A stretch of DNA of 64,000 bases from an uncultured Gemmatimonadales bacterium (GTDB taxonomy: Bacteria > Gemmatimonadota > Gemmatimonadetes > Gemmatimonadales > GWC2-71-9). The stretch covers positions 224,001-288,000 of the forward strand of contig CAVVKJ010000010.1 in NCBI GenBank assembly GCA_963748815.1, written 5' to 3'. Below the pieces are notes generated by a model. It was not told the DNA's origin, ran no database searches, and was given only the letters and a program-made list of their open reading frames with translations. Shown in pieces: positions 9,119 through 18,199 of the stretch (its first letter is position 1; the number at the start of each line of letters is the position of its first letter). The translations under genes and the position numbers were made by a program.

Positions 9119-10312
9119 TCAGTCCTCGATCCTCTCAAACACCGTCGCGATCCCTTGCCCCACACCGATGCACATCGTCGCCAGTCCGTATCGGCCGCCG
9201 GTGCGCCTGAGCGCGTGAATGAGCGTCGCCGCCATCCGGGCGCCGCTGGCGCCGAGGGGATGCCCCAGAGCGATCGCACCGCCCGATACGTTGACGCGCC
9301 TGCCGTCGAGGCCGAGTTCGCGGATGCAGGGAACTGCCTGCGCCGCGAACGCCTCGTTGAGTTCGATGAGGTCGAGATCCTTCACCGTCATGTTGAGCCG
9401 GGCCAGGAGCTTCTGCGTCGCCGGGATCGGGCCGAGGCCCATGCAGCTCGGATCCACCCCGGCCACCGCCGTGCCGACGATCCGGGCGATCGGCGTCAGG
9501 CCGTGCGCCTCGACGGCGGCAGCGCTGGCAATGCCGAGGGCGGCCGAGCCGTCGTTGATGCCGCTGGAGTTGCCGGCGGTGGCCGTGCCGCCCTTGGCGA
9601 AGGCCGGCTTGAGCCTGGCCAGTCCGGCTTCGGTCACGTCGGGACGAGGGTGCTCGTCCGCGGTGACGGGATCCTTGGTGCCGGGGCCGGTGACCGCCAC
9701 GAGTTCGTCGTTGAAGTGACCAGCGTCCATGGCCACCTTGGCGCGGCGCTGGCTCTCGGCCGCGAACGCATCCTGCTCCTCGCGGGTGACGCCGTGCAGC
9801 TGCGCAACCTTCTCCGCGGTCTGGCCCAGCGAGATGGTCCACTCCTCCGGCATCGCTGGATTGATGAACCGCCATCCGACGGTGGAGTCCGAGACCTGGG
9901 GAGTGCTCCGGTCCCACGCGCTGCCGCTCTTCAGCGTGATGTAGGGCGCGCGCGTCATGCTTTCGACGCCGCCGGCGACGAACAGGTGTCCCTCGCCCGC
10001 CTTGATGGCATGGGCGGCGCTGGCAATGGCCTGCAGGCCGGAGCCGCAGAGGCGGTTGACCGTCTGCCCCGGCACCTCGATCGGGAGGCCCGCCAGCAGC
10101 AGGGCCATCCGGGCCACGTTGCGATTGTCCTCGCCAGCCTGGTTGGCGCAGCCGAGGATGACATCGTCGATCTTGTCGGCGGGAAGGCCGCCGCGTTCGA
10201 CCGCCGCGCGGATGGCGATGGCGGCCAGGTCGTCGGGTCGGACGCCTGCCAGCGCCCCACCGGCCCGGCCGATGGGGGTCCGCACCGCCGAGACGACGAA
10301 CGCCTCGGTCAC
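9119..10312 (-). CDS. 3-oxoadipyl-CoA thiolase (PcaF/PaaJ-like)
   Basis: [48 protein letters not shown] overlap with the ALDH stop. Confidence 0.92.
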   Translation of the reverse strand: MTEAFVVSAVRTPIGRAGGALAGVRPDDLAAIAIRAAVERGGLPADKIDDVILGCANQAGEDNRNVARMALLLAGLPIEVPGQTVNRLCGSGLQAIASAAHAIKAGEGHLFVAGGVESMTRAPYITLKSGSAWDRSTPQVSDSTVGWRFINPAMPEEWTISLGQTAEKVAQLHGVTREEQDAFAAESQRRAKVAMDAGHFNDELVAVTGPGTKDPVTADEHPRPDVTEAGLARLKPAFAKGGTATAGNSSGINDGSAALGIASAAAVEAHGLTPIARIVGTAVAGVDPSCMGLGPIPATQKLLARLNMTVKDLDLIELNEAFAAQAVPCIRELGLDGRRVNVSGGAIALGHPLGASGARMAATLIHALRRTGGRYGLATMCIGVGQGIATVFERIED

Positions 10313-11742
10313 AGCGCGATCCAGACCGTCTTCGACTCGGTGTACCCCTCGAGGGCGGTGCGTCCGAGATCCCGGCCGAATCCCGACTGCTTGTAGCCGC
10401 CGAACGGCGCCGCCGGGTCGTACATGTTGTAGGTGTTGACCCAGACGGTGCCGGCGCGGATGGCGTGTGCCACCCGGTGGGCGCGGCCGATGTCGCGGCT
10501 CCAGACGCCGGCCGCCAGCCCGTACATCGACTGGTTGGCGAGGGCGACGGCCTCGTCCTCGTCGTCGAAGCCGAGCACGGCGAGCACGGGGCCGAAGATT
10601 TCCTCGCGCGCGATGGTCATCTCGGGCGTGACGCCGTCGAAGACCGTCGCCTCGACGAAGTAGCCCTTGCCGTTGACCGTGGCGGCGTTGCCGCCGGCGA
10701 CGACCGTGGCGCCCTCTGACTTTCCGATGCCGATGTACTTGAGCACGCTCTCCTGCTGCTGCTTCGAGACGATCGCGCCGAGGCGGGTCGATTTCTCGAA
10801 GGGGTCGCCGGGCACCAGCTTCTTGCTCCGTTCCGCGAGCTGCTCGACCACCTGGTCCTTGACCTTGCGGTGGACCAGCAGACGGCTGCCGGCGGCGCAG
10901 ACTTCGCCCTTGCCGTAGAAGATGCCGGTCTGCGCGCCGCGCACGGCGGCCGCGAGGTCGGCGTCGTCGAAGATGATGTTCGGGCTCTTGCCGCCGAGCT
11001 CGAGGGTCAGCCGCTTCACGGTGTCGGCGGCGTCCTTCATGATCCGCTGGCCGACGGCGGTGGAACCGGTGAAGGAGATCTTGTCCACGCCGGGGTGCCG
11101 CACCAGCGCGGAGCCGGCGGTGGAGCCGTGCCCCGGCACCACGTTGAACGCGCCGGCGGGGAGCCCGGCCTCGGCAAAGATGTCCGCCATCAGCAGCGCC
11201 GTCAGCGGCGTTTCGGAGGCGGGCTTGAGGACGACGGTGCATCCTGCCGCCAGCGCCGGCGCAAACTTCCACCCGGCCAGGTTGAGCGGGAAGTTCCACG
11301 GCACGATGGCGCCGACCACGCCGATCGGCTCATGCCGGATGTAGGTCAGGAAGTTGCCGTCGACCGGGACTGTTTCGCCGCCGAACTTGTCGCACCAGCC
11401 GGCGTAGTAGCGCAGGGTCTCGACGGTGGACGAGACGTCGATCTTCGATTCGAAGAGCGGCTTCCCGTTCTGGCGCGTTTCCAGTTCCGCCATTTCGGGC
11501 AGGCGGGCCGCGAGGAGCTCCGCCGCCTTGTAGAGCATGGCGCCCCGCTTCCGGGCCGACAACCCGCGCCACTCCGCCGACTCGAAACAGGCGCGGGCGG
11601 CCGCCACCGCCCGGTCGACGTCGGCGGCATCGCCTTCCGCCACCGAGGCCAGCACTTCCTCGGTGGCGGGATTGATCACGTCGAACCGCCGGCCGTTCGC
11701 GGCCGGGGCCCAGGCGTTGTCGATGAAGAGGTCGGTCCGCAC
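10309..11742 (-). CDS. NAD(P)-dependent aldehyde dehydrogenase (candidate 3,4-dehydroadipyl-CoA semialdehyde dehydrogenase)
   Basis: [33 protein letters not shown]; substrate inferred from context only. Confidence 0.88.
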   Translation of the reverse strand: MRTDLFIDNAWAPAANGRRFDVINPATEEVLASVAEGDAADVDRAVAAARACFESAEWRGLSARKRGAMLYKAAELLAARLPEMAELETRQNGKPLFESKIDVSSTVETLRYYAGWCDKFGGETVPVDGNFLTYIRHEPIGVVGAIVPWNFPLNLAGWKFAPALAAGCTVVLKPASETPLTALLMADIFAEAGLPAGAFNVVPGHGSTAGSALVRHPGVDKISFTGSTAVGQRIMKDAADTVKRLTLELGGKSPNIIFDDADLAAAVRGAQTGIFYGKGEVCAAGSRLLVHRKVKDQVVEQLAERSKKLVPGDPFEKSTRLGAIVSKQQQESVLKYIGIGKSEGATVVAGGNAATVNGKGYFVEATVFDGVTPEMTIAREEIFGPVLAVLGFDDEDEAVALANQSMYGLAAGVWSRDIGRAHRVAHAIRAGTVWVNTYNMYDPAAPFGGYKQSGFGRDLGRTALEGYTESKTVWIAL

Positions 11743-11745
11743 GGA

Positions 11746-12579
11746 CTACTTGGCCTCGAAGTTGGGCATCCGCTTCTCGACGTACGCGGCCAGCCCCTCC
11801 TTGGCGTCGGACGACTGGAACAGCTGCTGCTGCAGCTCCCGCTCGAGGGTGAGCGCGCTCTCGAAGGGGAGGTCCATGCCGGACTGGACGCTCCGCTTGA
11901 TGGCGCCGACCGCCTTCGAGGCCTTGTTGGGCGGGCAGAACTGCTTGGCGTACATCAGCACCTGGTCCCAGTAGCCGTCCTTCTCGAAGACGTGGTTGAC
12001 CAGCCCCATCTCCTCGGCCTTCTCGAAGGAGAAGGTCTCGCCGGTCACCATGAACTCGATCGACTTGGACTTGCCGATGAGCCGGCAGAGGCGCTGGGTC
12101 CCGCCGGTGCCGGGGAGGACGCCGAGGTTGACCTCCGGGAGCCCGATCTTGCCGGCGTTCCGGCAGGCGATCCGGATGTCGCAGGCCATCGCGATTTCGA
12201 GCCCGCCGCCGACGGTGTGGCCGTTGAGCGCCGCGATGGTCAGCTTGGGGGTCTGCTCGAGGCGGCTCAGCGTCTCGTTGGCATGGAGGCAGAAGAAGTA
12301 CTTGAAACGCGGGGTGACGTTGTTCAGCATCGAGATGTTGGCGCCCGCCGAGAAGAACTTCTCGCCGTGGCCGCGGATCACGATGACGTGCGCCTCGTCG
12401 GCCATGCGGGCGTCGAGGATGGCGGCGTCCATCTGCCGGAACATCTCGTAGGTGTAAGTGTTGGCCGGGGGGTCGTTGAGCGTGATGATGGCGAGCCCGT
12501 CGCGGACCTCGTAGTTGACGAGGACCTTGTCGGTGTGCGCCGGGGCGCCGGGACGTGGGGAGGTCAGGGTAGCGGTCAA
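11746..12579 (-). CDS. Crotonase-family enzyme resembling the catalytic domain of BoxC (epoxybenzoyl-CoA dihydrolase)
   Basis: TTG start 8 nt after GGAGG; SAGANISML...KYFFCLHANET, GGGLE, LPEVNLGVLPGTGG; crotonase family certain, BoxC likeness from recalled motifs. Confidence 0.75.
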   Translation of the reverse strand: MTATLTSPRPGAPAHTDKVLVNYEVRDGLAIITLNDPPANTYTYEMFRQMDAAILDARMADEAHVIVIRGHGEKFFSAGANISMLNNVTPRFKYFFCLHANETLSRLEQTPKLTIAALNGHTVGGGLEIAMACDIRIACRNAGKIGLPEVNLGVLPGTGGTQRLCRLIGKSKSIEFMVTGETFSFEKAEEMGLVNHVFEKDGYWDQVLMYAKQFCPPNKASKAVGAIKRSVQSGMDLPFESALTLERELQQQLFQSSDAKEGLAAYVEKRMPNFEAK

Positions 12580-12583
12580 GGGG

Positions 12584-13189
12584 TCATCCTCCGAGCGTGG
12601 CGACCAGTCGTGGGGTCGCATGGTGAGCAGCGATGAAGCCATCCAGGAAGAGCGAGGCCAGTTCCTCGGCCAGTGTGGCCGGCGAAGTCGGGCCCGCCGG
12701 GTGATACCAGGTGTAGATCCAGTTCATCATGCCGAAGAGCGCGTAGGCCGCGATGTGCGGGTCGGCGTGCGCGCCGGGCACGTCACCCAGGAGCGCTTCG
12801 AGCAGGCCGACATATTCCTTCTTGCGCCGGCGGATCTGCGCCCGCATGGTGCCGGTGAGCTCGGCTTCCTCGTGGGCCAGGACCTTCATCTCGTCCATGT
12901 GCGCGGCGAAGAAGGTCACGTGGTGCTGAATGAAGGCGCGGAGCCGCGATTCCGGGTCGCTGTCGTCGGCGAGCGCCTCGTGGGCTCCTTCGAGCACCAG
13001 CGCGAAGCACCGGTCCTGGATCTGGAAGAGCAACTCCTCCTTGCTCTCCATATAATGGTACATCCCGGCGAGGCTGAACCCGCTGGCCCGGGCCAGGTCG
13101 CGCATGGACGTAGCGTGGTAACCCCGCTCCGCAAAAGTCCTTGCGGCGGCGGCGAGGAGGGTCTCCAGGCGCTGGTCATATGGCTGCAT
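12584..13189 (-). CDS. TetR-family repressor (PaaR/KstR2-like)
   Basis: N-terminal HTH (FAERGYHATSMRDLA...MYHYMESKEELL); C-terminal GMMNWIYTWY typical of acyl-CoA-sensing TetRs. Confidence 0.9.
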   Translation of the reverse strand: MQPYDQRLETLLAAAARTFAERGYHATSMRDLARASGFSLAGMYHYMESKEELLFQIQDRCFALVLEGAHEALADDSDPESRLRAFIQHHVTFFAAHMDEMKVLAHEEAELTGTMRAQIRRRKKEYVGLLEALLGDVPGAHADPHIAAYALFGMMNWIYTWYHPAGPTSPATLAEELASLFLDGFIAAHHATPRLVATLGG

Positions 13190-13197
13190 GTACCGTC

Positions 13198-13211
13198 CGA
13201 ACGATCGTTCG
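13198..13211. promoter_or_regulatory. Perfect 14-bp palindromic operator CGAACGATCGTTCG
   Basis: Lies between the -10 box and the tetR ATG; fits CNAACGNNCGTTNG. Confidence 0.8.
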
Positions 13212-13215
13212 AAGG

Positions 13216-13244
13216 AAGTTATCCGACTTATTGGGTCGGGTCAA
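13216..13244 (-). promoter_or_regulatory. Sigma70-type promoter of the tetR-box operon
   Basis: Minus strand TTGACC-17 bp-TAACTT. Confidence 0.7.
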
Positions 13245-13284
13245 CGCTTAACACCGGGTGAATCGCGGCGTCCATGCCCACTGA

Positions 13285-13833
13285 ATGCCATCCTTGACCG
13301 GGCTCGACGGGCCAACGGACGCCGCCCTCGCGGCGGCGTGGCGGGCGGGAAGCGAGCAGGCGGCCACCGACCTGGTCCGGCGGCACGCGTCCGCCCTTGC
13401 CCGGTTCCTCGGCGGGGCCGGAGCCGGGCCCAGCGAGGTGGAAGACCTGACCCAGGAAGCGTTCTTCAAGGCCTTCCGGGGGATCGAGGGGTGGCGAGGG
13501 GAGTCCTCGTTTCGGAGCTGGCTGTTCAGCATCGGGTCGAACCTGCTCAAGGACGCCTATCGGAAGCGGAAGGGCAGGGTGGTCTTGTCCATCGAGGACC
13601 ACGATATGCCGGTGCATCGCGATCCGGGTGACGAGATGGTGGCCGAGGAAACGGCGGCGCGGATCCAGGGGGGACTGACGGGCCTGCCCCGCCTCCAGCG
13701 GGAGGTCTTCCTCCTTCGGGTTCAGCAGGACATGGACTACAGGGAGATTGCCGAGTCACTCGGCACGACGGCCGGGGCGGCACGGGTGCACTATCATCAT
13801 GCGGTCAAGCGGTTGAAGGAGCTGGTACCATGA
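13285..13833 (+). CDS. ECF RNA polymerase sigma factor
   Basis: EDLTQEAFFKAF, SSFRSWLFSI region 2; LPRLQREVFLLR..MDYREIAESLG region 4. Confidence 0.92.
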   Translation: MPSLTGLDGPTDAALAAAWRAGSEQAATDLVRRHASALARFLGGAGAGPSEVEDLTQEAFFKAFRGIEGWRGESSFRSWLFSIGSNLLKDAYRKRKGRVVLSIEDHDMPVHRDPGDEMVAEETAARIQGGLTGLPRLQREVFLLRVQQDMDYREIAESLGTTAGAARVHYHHAVKRLKELVP

Positions 13834-14360
13834 CCTGTCAGGAACTGTCGGACAAAATGCCGGGCGTGGCCAGGGGGGAGACCTCCTGGACCGACGCGGA
13901 GGCCCTGCACCTCGGCTCCTGCGCCGACTGCCGCGCGGAATGGGCGGTCGTCTCGGCGGCGGCGACGCTGGCCGACGAGGTGGCGGTCGACGCCGATGCA
14001 CTGGCGGAGCGAGTCCTCCTGCGGCTGCGCACCGAACCGGTTGTGAAGCGATTCCCCCGCCCACGCTGGATCGCGGGAATCGCGGCAGTCGCGGCCGCAG
14101 TCCTGCTGATCTCGAAAGCGGTCACCACCGCACCGCTGCCCCGCAGCCCCGCGGCCCCGCTGTCAGGCCCTGCTGCCCCGCCGACGACCCTCGGGGCCGT
14201 CGATATCCCCGGCCTCCACGCCCTCGGCGAGGCGGGGCTCGCCGAAGTGCTCGAATCGATGGCCCCGGAATGGACAGATACACCGACGATCGACACACCG
14301 AGCCTCGACGACCTGGATCCCCGGGAACTCGAGCAGGTCCAGCGCCTCTGGGAGAGCTGA
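13830..14360 (+). CDS. Zinc-binding (ZAS) anti-sigma factor with one TM helix
   Basis: HLGSCADC (HxxxCxxC), hydrophobic segment, ATGA overlap with the sigma gene. Confidence 0.8.
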   Translation: MTCQELSDKMPGVARGETSWTDAEALHLGSCADCRAEWAVVSAAATLADEVAVDADALAERVLLRLRTEPVVKRFPRPRWIAGIAAVAAAVLLISKAVTTAPLPRSPAAPLSGPAAPPTTLGAVDIPGLHALGEAGLAEVLESMAPEWTDTPTIDTPSLDDLDPRELEQVQRLWES

Positions 14361-14875
14361 TGCGACGACTTGGATGGTTCCTCACGGCGGCGTTCCTCCT
14401 GGCGGTGCCGCCCCTTAGCGCACAGGACGCCGGCGACGACTCGCCGCAGGCCGTTCGGATGCGCCAGCAGATCGAGCAGCGCTTTGCGCAGCAGATCCAG
14501 GCCAATCTCGGGCTGACGGACGAGCAGGCGGTCAAGCTGCGGGCCACCTTCAACACCTACGCGCCGAAGCGGCGGGCGATGGAGCAAGAGGAGCGCGCCA
14601 TCAAGCAGGGGCTGCAGGGGCAGCTGCGGCCGGGGATCGCCGCCAACTCCGACAGCGTCGCCAAGCTGGTGGATCGGCTCCTCGAGGTGAAGGTCGCCTA
14701 TGCGCAGAGCTTCGTGGACGAGAACCTGGAGATGGCGAAGTACCTCACGCCGGTGCAGCGGGCCCAGTTCCAGGTGATGCGGGAGCGGCTGATGGCGCGC
14801 ATCGAGGAGGTGCGGCAGCAGCGGCAGCAGCAGTTCCGTCAGCAGCAGGGGGCGCCGGGGGCGCAGCAGCCGTAG
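14360..14875 (+). CDS. Periplasmic Spy/CpxP-like helical protein
   Basis: Signal peptide; LGLTDEQ and YLTPVQR (LTxxQ) motifs; TGATG overlap. Confidence 0.75.
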   Translation: MRRLGWFLTAAFLLAVPPLSAQDAGDDSPQAVRMRQQIEQRFAQQIQANLGLTDEQAVKLRATFNTYAPKRRAMEQEERAIKQGLQGQLRPGIAANSDSVAKLVDRLLEVKVAYAQSFVDENLEMAKYLTPVQRAQFQVMRERLMARIEEVRQQRQQQFRQQQGAPGAQQP

Positions 14876-14932
14876 CCTGACGGCGGCGGTTCTTGCGCCC
14901 TTGCGGCGGTCTGCCCATCTTCCTCCCGCGGC

Positions 14933-15015
14933 GCCCGAGTGGCGGAATGGCAGACGCAACGGACTCAAAATCCGTCGGGGGCAACCCCGTGCGAGTTCGA
15001 CTCTCGCCTCGGGCA
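14933..15015 (+). tRNA. tRNA-Leu (CAA)
   Basis: GCCCGAG/CTCGGGC acceptor stem, GGCGGAATGGCAGACGC D-arm, ACGGA-CTCAAAA-TCCGT anticodon arm, long variable arm, GTTCGACTC T-arm; followed by TCA rather than CCA. Confidence 0.95.
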
Positions 15016-15024
15016 TCACAAGCA

Positions 15025-15077
15025 GGACAACGACTTAGCCCCCATCGAGTGATCTGCTCGGTGGGGGCTTGTTGTCC
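15025..15077. terminator. Long hairpin between the tRNA and the convergent permease
   Basis: GGACAAC..AGCCCCCATCGAG-TGATCTG-CTCGGTGGGGGCT.GTTGTCC. Confidence 0.6.
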
Positions 15078-15095
15078 GCTACTGAATGCGGAACG

Positions 15096-17753
15096 CTATT
15101 CCGCCTGGAGTGCCACCGCCGGGTCGGCGCGCGCCACCCTGCTCGCCGGTATCCACGATGCGGCAAGCGCGGTGACGGTAAGGAGCACTGGCACGAGGAG
15201 AAACGTGACCGGATCGATCGCGCCCACGCCGAAGAGCATGCTTTCCAGTGCACGTGTGGCGACCGCGGCCAGGCAGACGCCGACGACGACGCCGATGGCC
15301 GCAAGCCCGAGACCATGGCGGACCACCAGCCATCGCACTGCCTCGCGCGTTGCCCCGAGCGCGAGGCGGAGGCTCATCTCCCTGGACCGCCGCCGCGCGA
15401 GTTGCGAGATGACTCCGTAGACACCGACCATCGCCAGCACCACCCCGACCCCGGCAAAGGCGAGCAACAGCACCATCATGAAGCGCGGGCGGGCGATCGA
15501 ACTCTGCCGGACATTCATCATGCTCCGCGATCGGAGGATGGCGAGCTCCGGATCCAGCCGTTTCACCACGGCGCGAACCGCCGGTGCCGTGCTCGCCGGG
15601 TCCCCGGCGGTCCGCACCACGAGCGTCATGCCCCGACGCCAATCCTGGGCGAACGGAGCGAGGAATTCCGGTATCGGCTCCTTGTCGAGGCTGGCCTGCC
15701 GCTCACTCCCGACCACCCCGACGATGGTCATCCAATTGGACGTCGAATCCGGGACCCGGTCAAACGCGACGCGGAGTCCGACTGGATCCTCGTCCGGGAA
15801 GTATCGGCTGGCCAACGCCTCGTTGATCAGGACGACGTTTTCCGCTCCCGGCCGGTCCGCTGGTTCGATGCCGCGGCCCTGCACGAGCGGGATGCGCATT
15901 ACCTCGAGGTAGTCGGGTGAGACCTCCCGATGCACCACCTGCATGCCGCCCGGGCTCGGATCGCGACCGGCGACGGAGAAGTCGCTGCTCCACGAGGGCC
16001 CCGTGAGCGGAAGCTGCGAGACGATGGCGGCCGCCCGCACCCCTGGAATCCCCCGCACCTCTTCCTCGAGGCGACGATAGAATCCGAGGACGGCGTCGCG
16101 CGTTTCGTAGGCGGACTCGGGCAACTCAAACTCGGTCGCCAGGACCCCGGTGGGATCAAACCCCGGTTCCACCTGCTGGAGCCGAAGGAGCGAGCGGGTG
16201 AGGAGGCCGGCGCCGAGCGCCAGGAGCAGGGCAAGCGCCACCTCGCCGACAATGACCGCGTCGCTGAGGCGCCGGCTCCGCCGGCTCAAGCCGCCGCTCC
16301 TGCCGCCGGCCTGCAGCCCCTGCGCGGGCGGGCGCGCGGCTCCCCACAACGCCGAGGGCATGCCGAAGAGGATGCCGCTCAACAGGGCAATCAGTCCCGT
16401 GGCAGCCAGCACCCGCCCATCCATCCCGACGTCGGAGACCGGCAACATCCCCTGGGGCTGGAGCGCGAGGAGGAGGCGTGTCCCGATCCACCCGACCGCC
16501 AGTCCACCGAGACCACCGAGGACCGAGAGGACGAGCGAGCCCGTCAGCCCTTGCCGCACCAGGCGCAGGCGCCCGGCGCCGAGGGCGATCCGGACCGCCG
16601 TCTCGCGGTCGCGAGAGGCGGCCTGCACCAGGAGCAGGTTGCCGACGTTGGCGCAGGCAATGAGCAGCAGCGCCGCGACCGCCGCGAGCAGGATGAGGAG
16701 GGGGGTCCGGGTGGAGCCGGACCGAAATTCGTGCAGCGGCGTCAGGCCGGCCCCCATGTGGGTGTTCGTGGCCGGGTAGTCCTGCTCAAGCCGGGCCGCC
16801 ACCGTTTGCAATTCTGCGTTCGCCGCCTCGGGGGAGACTCCGGGACGAAGCCTGGCAATGACGCGCATCCAGTGCGCCCGCCGAAAGAAAACTTGCGCAC
16901 GGTTGGCCGGATCCATCGCCCACGGCGTCCAGAGGTCGGTGCCGTCGAAGGGGAAGTCGAAGCCGGGCGGCGCAACGCCGACGATGACGACCGGACGTCG
17001 ATTGATGCTGACACTCGAGCCGACGACCGCCGGGTCGGAGCGGAAGCGCTCCGTCCAGACACGGTGACTGATGATCGCCACCGCCTCACCCGTCGCCCAG
17101 GATTCGCGGTCGGTGAAGGTGCGGCCCAACTCGGCGGGCACGCCCAGCACGCGAAAGAAGTTGCCGGTGACCGTCGCCGCGGTGAGCAGCAGCGGATCAC
17201 CGTCGCCGCTCAGGGTCACCTGGTCGGAAAAGGAGGGGTATCCGGCCACATCGGCGAACCCCGTGACCTGCTCCTGCCAGTCGAGCATGTTGGCCGGCGC
17301 GGCGTCCGCCTGGTACCAGCCGCGGTCGGCGTTCTGTTCCCAGACCGCGACCAGCTCCTCGGGGTGCGCAAAGGGCAGGGGCCGGAGGAGGACCGCGTTG
17401 ACCGCCGTAAAGATGGCTGTGGTCGCCCCGATGCCGAGCGCCAGCGTCACGATCGCGGTGAGGGCCAGGGCGGGGTTGCGCCGCAACGTGCGCAGGGCGT
17501 AACGGACGTCGGCGGCGAAGTCGCGCATCCATCGCAGCCCTCGACCATCGCGATGGTCCTCGCGGACGGCGTCGAGGCCACCGAACGCAGCGCGCGCCTG
17601 CCGGTGCGCCTCCTCCGGCGTCATTCCCTCCGCGAGCCGCTTAGCCGTCTCCATCTCCAGGTGCATCGCGATCTCGGCCTCGAGTTCGGCGTCGACCGCC
17701 TGAGACCTGAAGACCCCATGGAGCCACCGGGTAGCCCCTCGGAGCGCGCTCAC
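15096..17753 (-). CDS. ADOP-family duplicated MacB/FtsX-type ABC permease
   Basis: N-terminal prefix (ELEAEIAMHLEME...ARAAFGG), LALGIGATTAIF, LLIACANVGNLLL, second FtsX half ending ADPAVALQAE; GTGA overlap with padR. Confidence 0.9.
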   Translation of the reverse strand: MSALRGATRWLHGVFRSQAVDAELEAEIAMHLEMETAKRLAEGMTPEEAHRQARAAFGGLDAVREDHRDGRGLRWMRDFAADVRYALRTLRRNPALALTAIVTLALGIGATTAIFTAVNAVLLRPLPFAHPEELVAVWEQNADRGWYQADAAPANMLDWQEQVTGFADVAGYPSFSDQVTLSGDGDPLLLTAATVTGNFFRVLGVPAELGRTFTDRESWATGEAVAIISHRVWTERFRSDPAVVGSSVSINRRPVVIVGVAPPGFDFPFDGTDLWTPWAMDPANRAQVFFRRAHWMRVIARLRPGVSPEAANAELQTVAARLEQDYPATNTHMGAGLTPLHEFRSGSTRTPLLILLAAVAALLLIACANVGNLLLVQAASRDRETAVRIALGAGRLRLVRQGLTGSLVLSVLGGLGGLAVGWIGTRLLLALQPQGMLPVSDVGMDGRVLAATGLIALLSGILFGMPSALWGAARPPAQGLQAGGRSGGLSRRSRRLSDAVIVGEVALALLLALGAGLLTRSLLRLQQVEPGFDPTGVLATEFELPESAYETRDAVLGFYRRLEEEVRGIPGVRAAAIVSQLPLTGPSWSSDFSVAGRDPSPGGMQVVHREVSPDYLEVMRIPLVQGRGIEPADRPGAENVVLINEALASRYFPDEDPVGLRVAFDRVPDSTSNWMTIVGVVGSERQASLDKEPIPEFLAPFAQDWRRGMTLVVRTAGDPASTAPAVRAVVKRLDPELAILRSRSMMNVRQSSIARPRFMMVLLLAFAGVGVVLAMVGVYGVISQLARRRSREMSLRLALGATREAVRWLVVRHGLGLAAIGVVVGVCLAAVATRALESMLFGVGAIDPVTFLLVPVLLTVTALAASWIPASRVARADPAVALQAE

Positions 17754-18100
17754 CTTGGGGCGTCCGCGAGGATGAGGTCCACCGCCGAGACGTACCGTCG
17801 CCACTGCTCGGTCTCCTCGCCGAGCGCGCGTCGCCCGGACTTCGTGAGCCGATAGTACTTGGCACGGCGGTTGTTCTCGGTGGTGCGCCACTCACTGTCG
17901 ACCCAGCCACGGTGCTCCAGCCGCTGGAGGGCGGGGTAGAGCGATCCCTGGTTGACGTCGAGGACGCCGCGCGAGACCTGCTGGAGGCGCTGCGAGAGGC
18001 CCCACCCGTGGTGCGGCTCGAGTGTCAGTGTCTGCAGGATGAGGAGGTCGAGCGTCCCGCGAAGGACATCGGCGGGCACCGGGGGGACGTCGGACGGCAT
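17750..18100 (-). CDS. PadR-family regulator (Acidobacterial/ADOP-associated type)
   Basis: LRGTLDLLIL...HGWG...NQGSLYPALQRLE...TENNRRAKYYRLT. Confidence 0.93.
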   Translation of the reverse strand: MPSDVPPVPADVLRGTLDLLILQTLTLEPHHGWGLSQRLQQVSRGVLDVNQGSLYPALQRLEHRGWVDSEWRTTENNRRAKYYRLTKSGRRALGEETEQWRRYVSAVDLILADAPR

Positions 18101-18106
18101 GCGGCC

Positions 18107-18162
18107 TCTTCTGTCGGGTTCCAACAGAAGATCCTGTCGCTTCTGTCGAAAGTCAAGAGAAG
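18107..18162. promoter_or_regulatory. Two tandem palindromic operators upstream of padR
   Basis: CTTCTGTCG-GGTTC-CAACAGAAG (18108) and CTTCTGTCG-AAAGT-CAAGAGAAG (18140), 32 bp apart. Confidence 0.65.
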
Positions 18163-18199
18163 AGGCCGAAGGTGGCGGGTGAGGCCGGCCGCCTGGCGT

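Noticed and set aside
14933..15100. Prophage or integrative element at tRNA-Leu
   Set aside because: No integrase, phage genes or att duplication seen in the window
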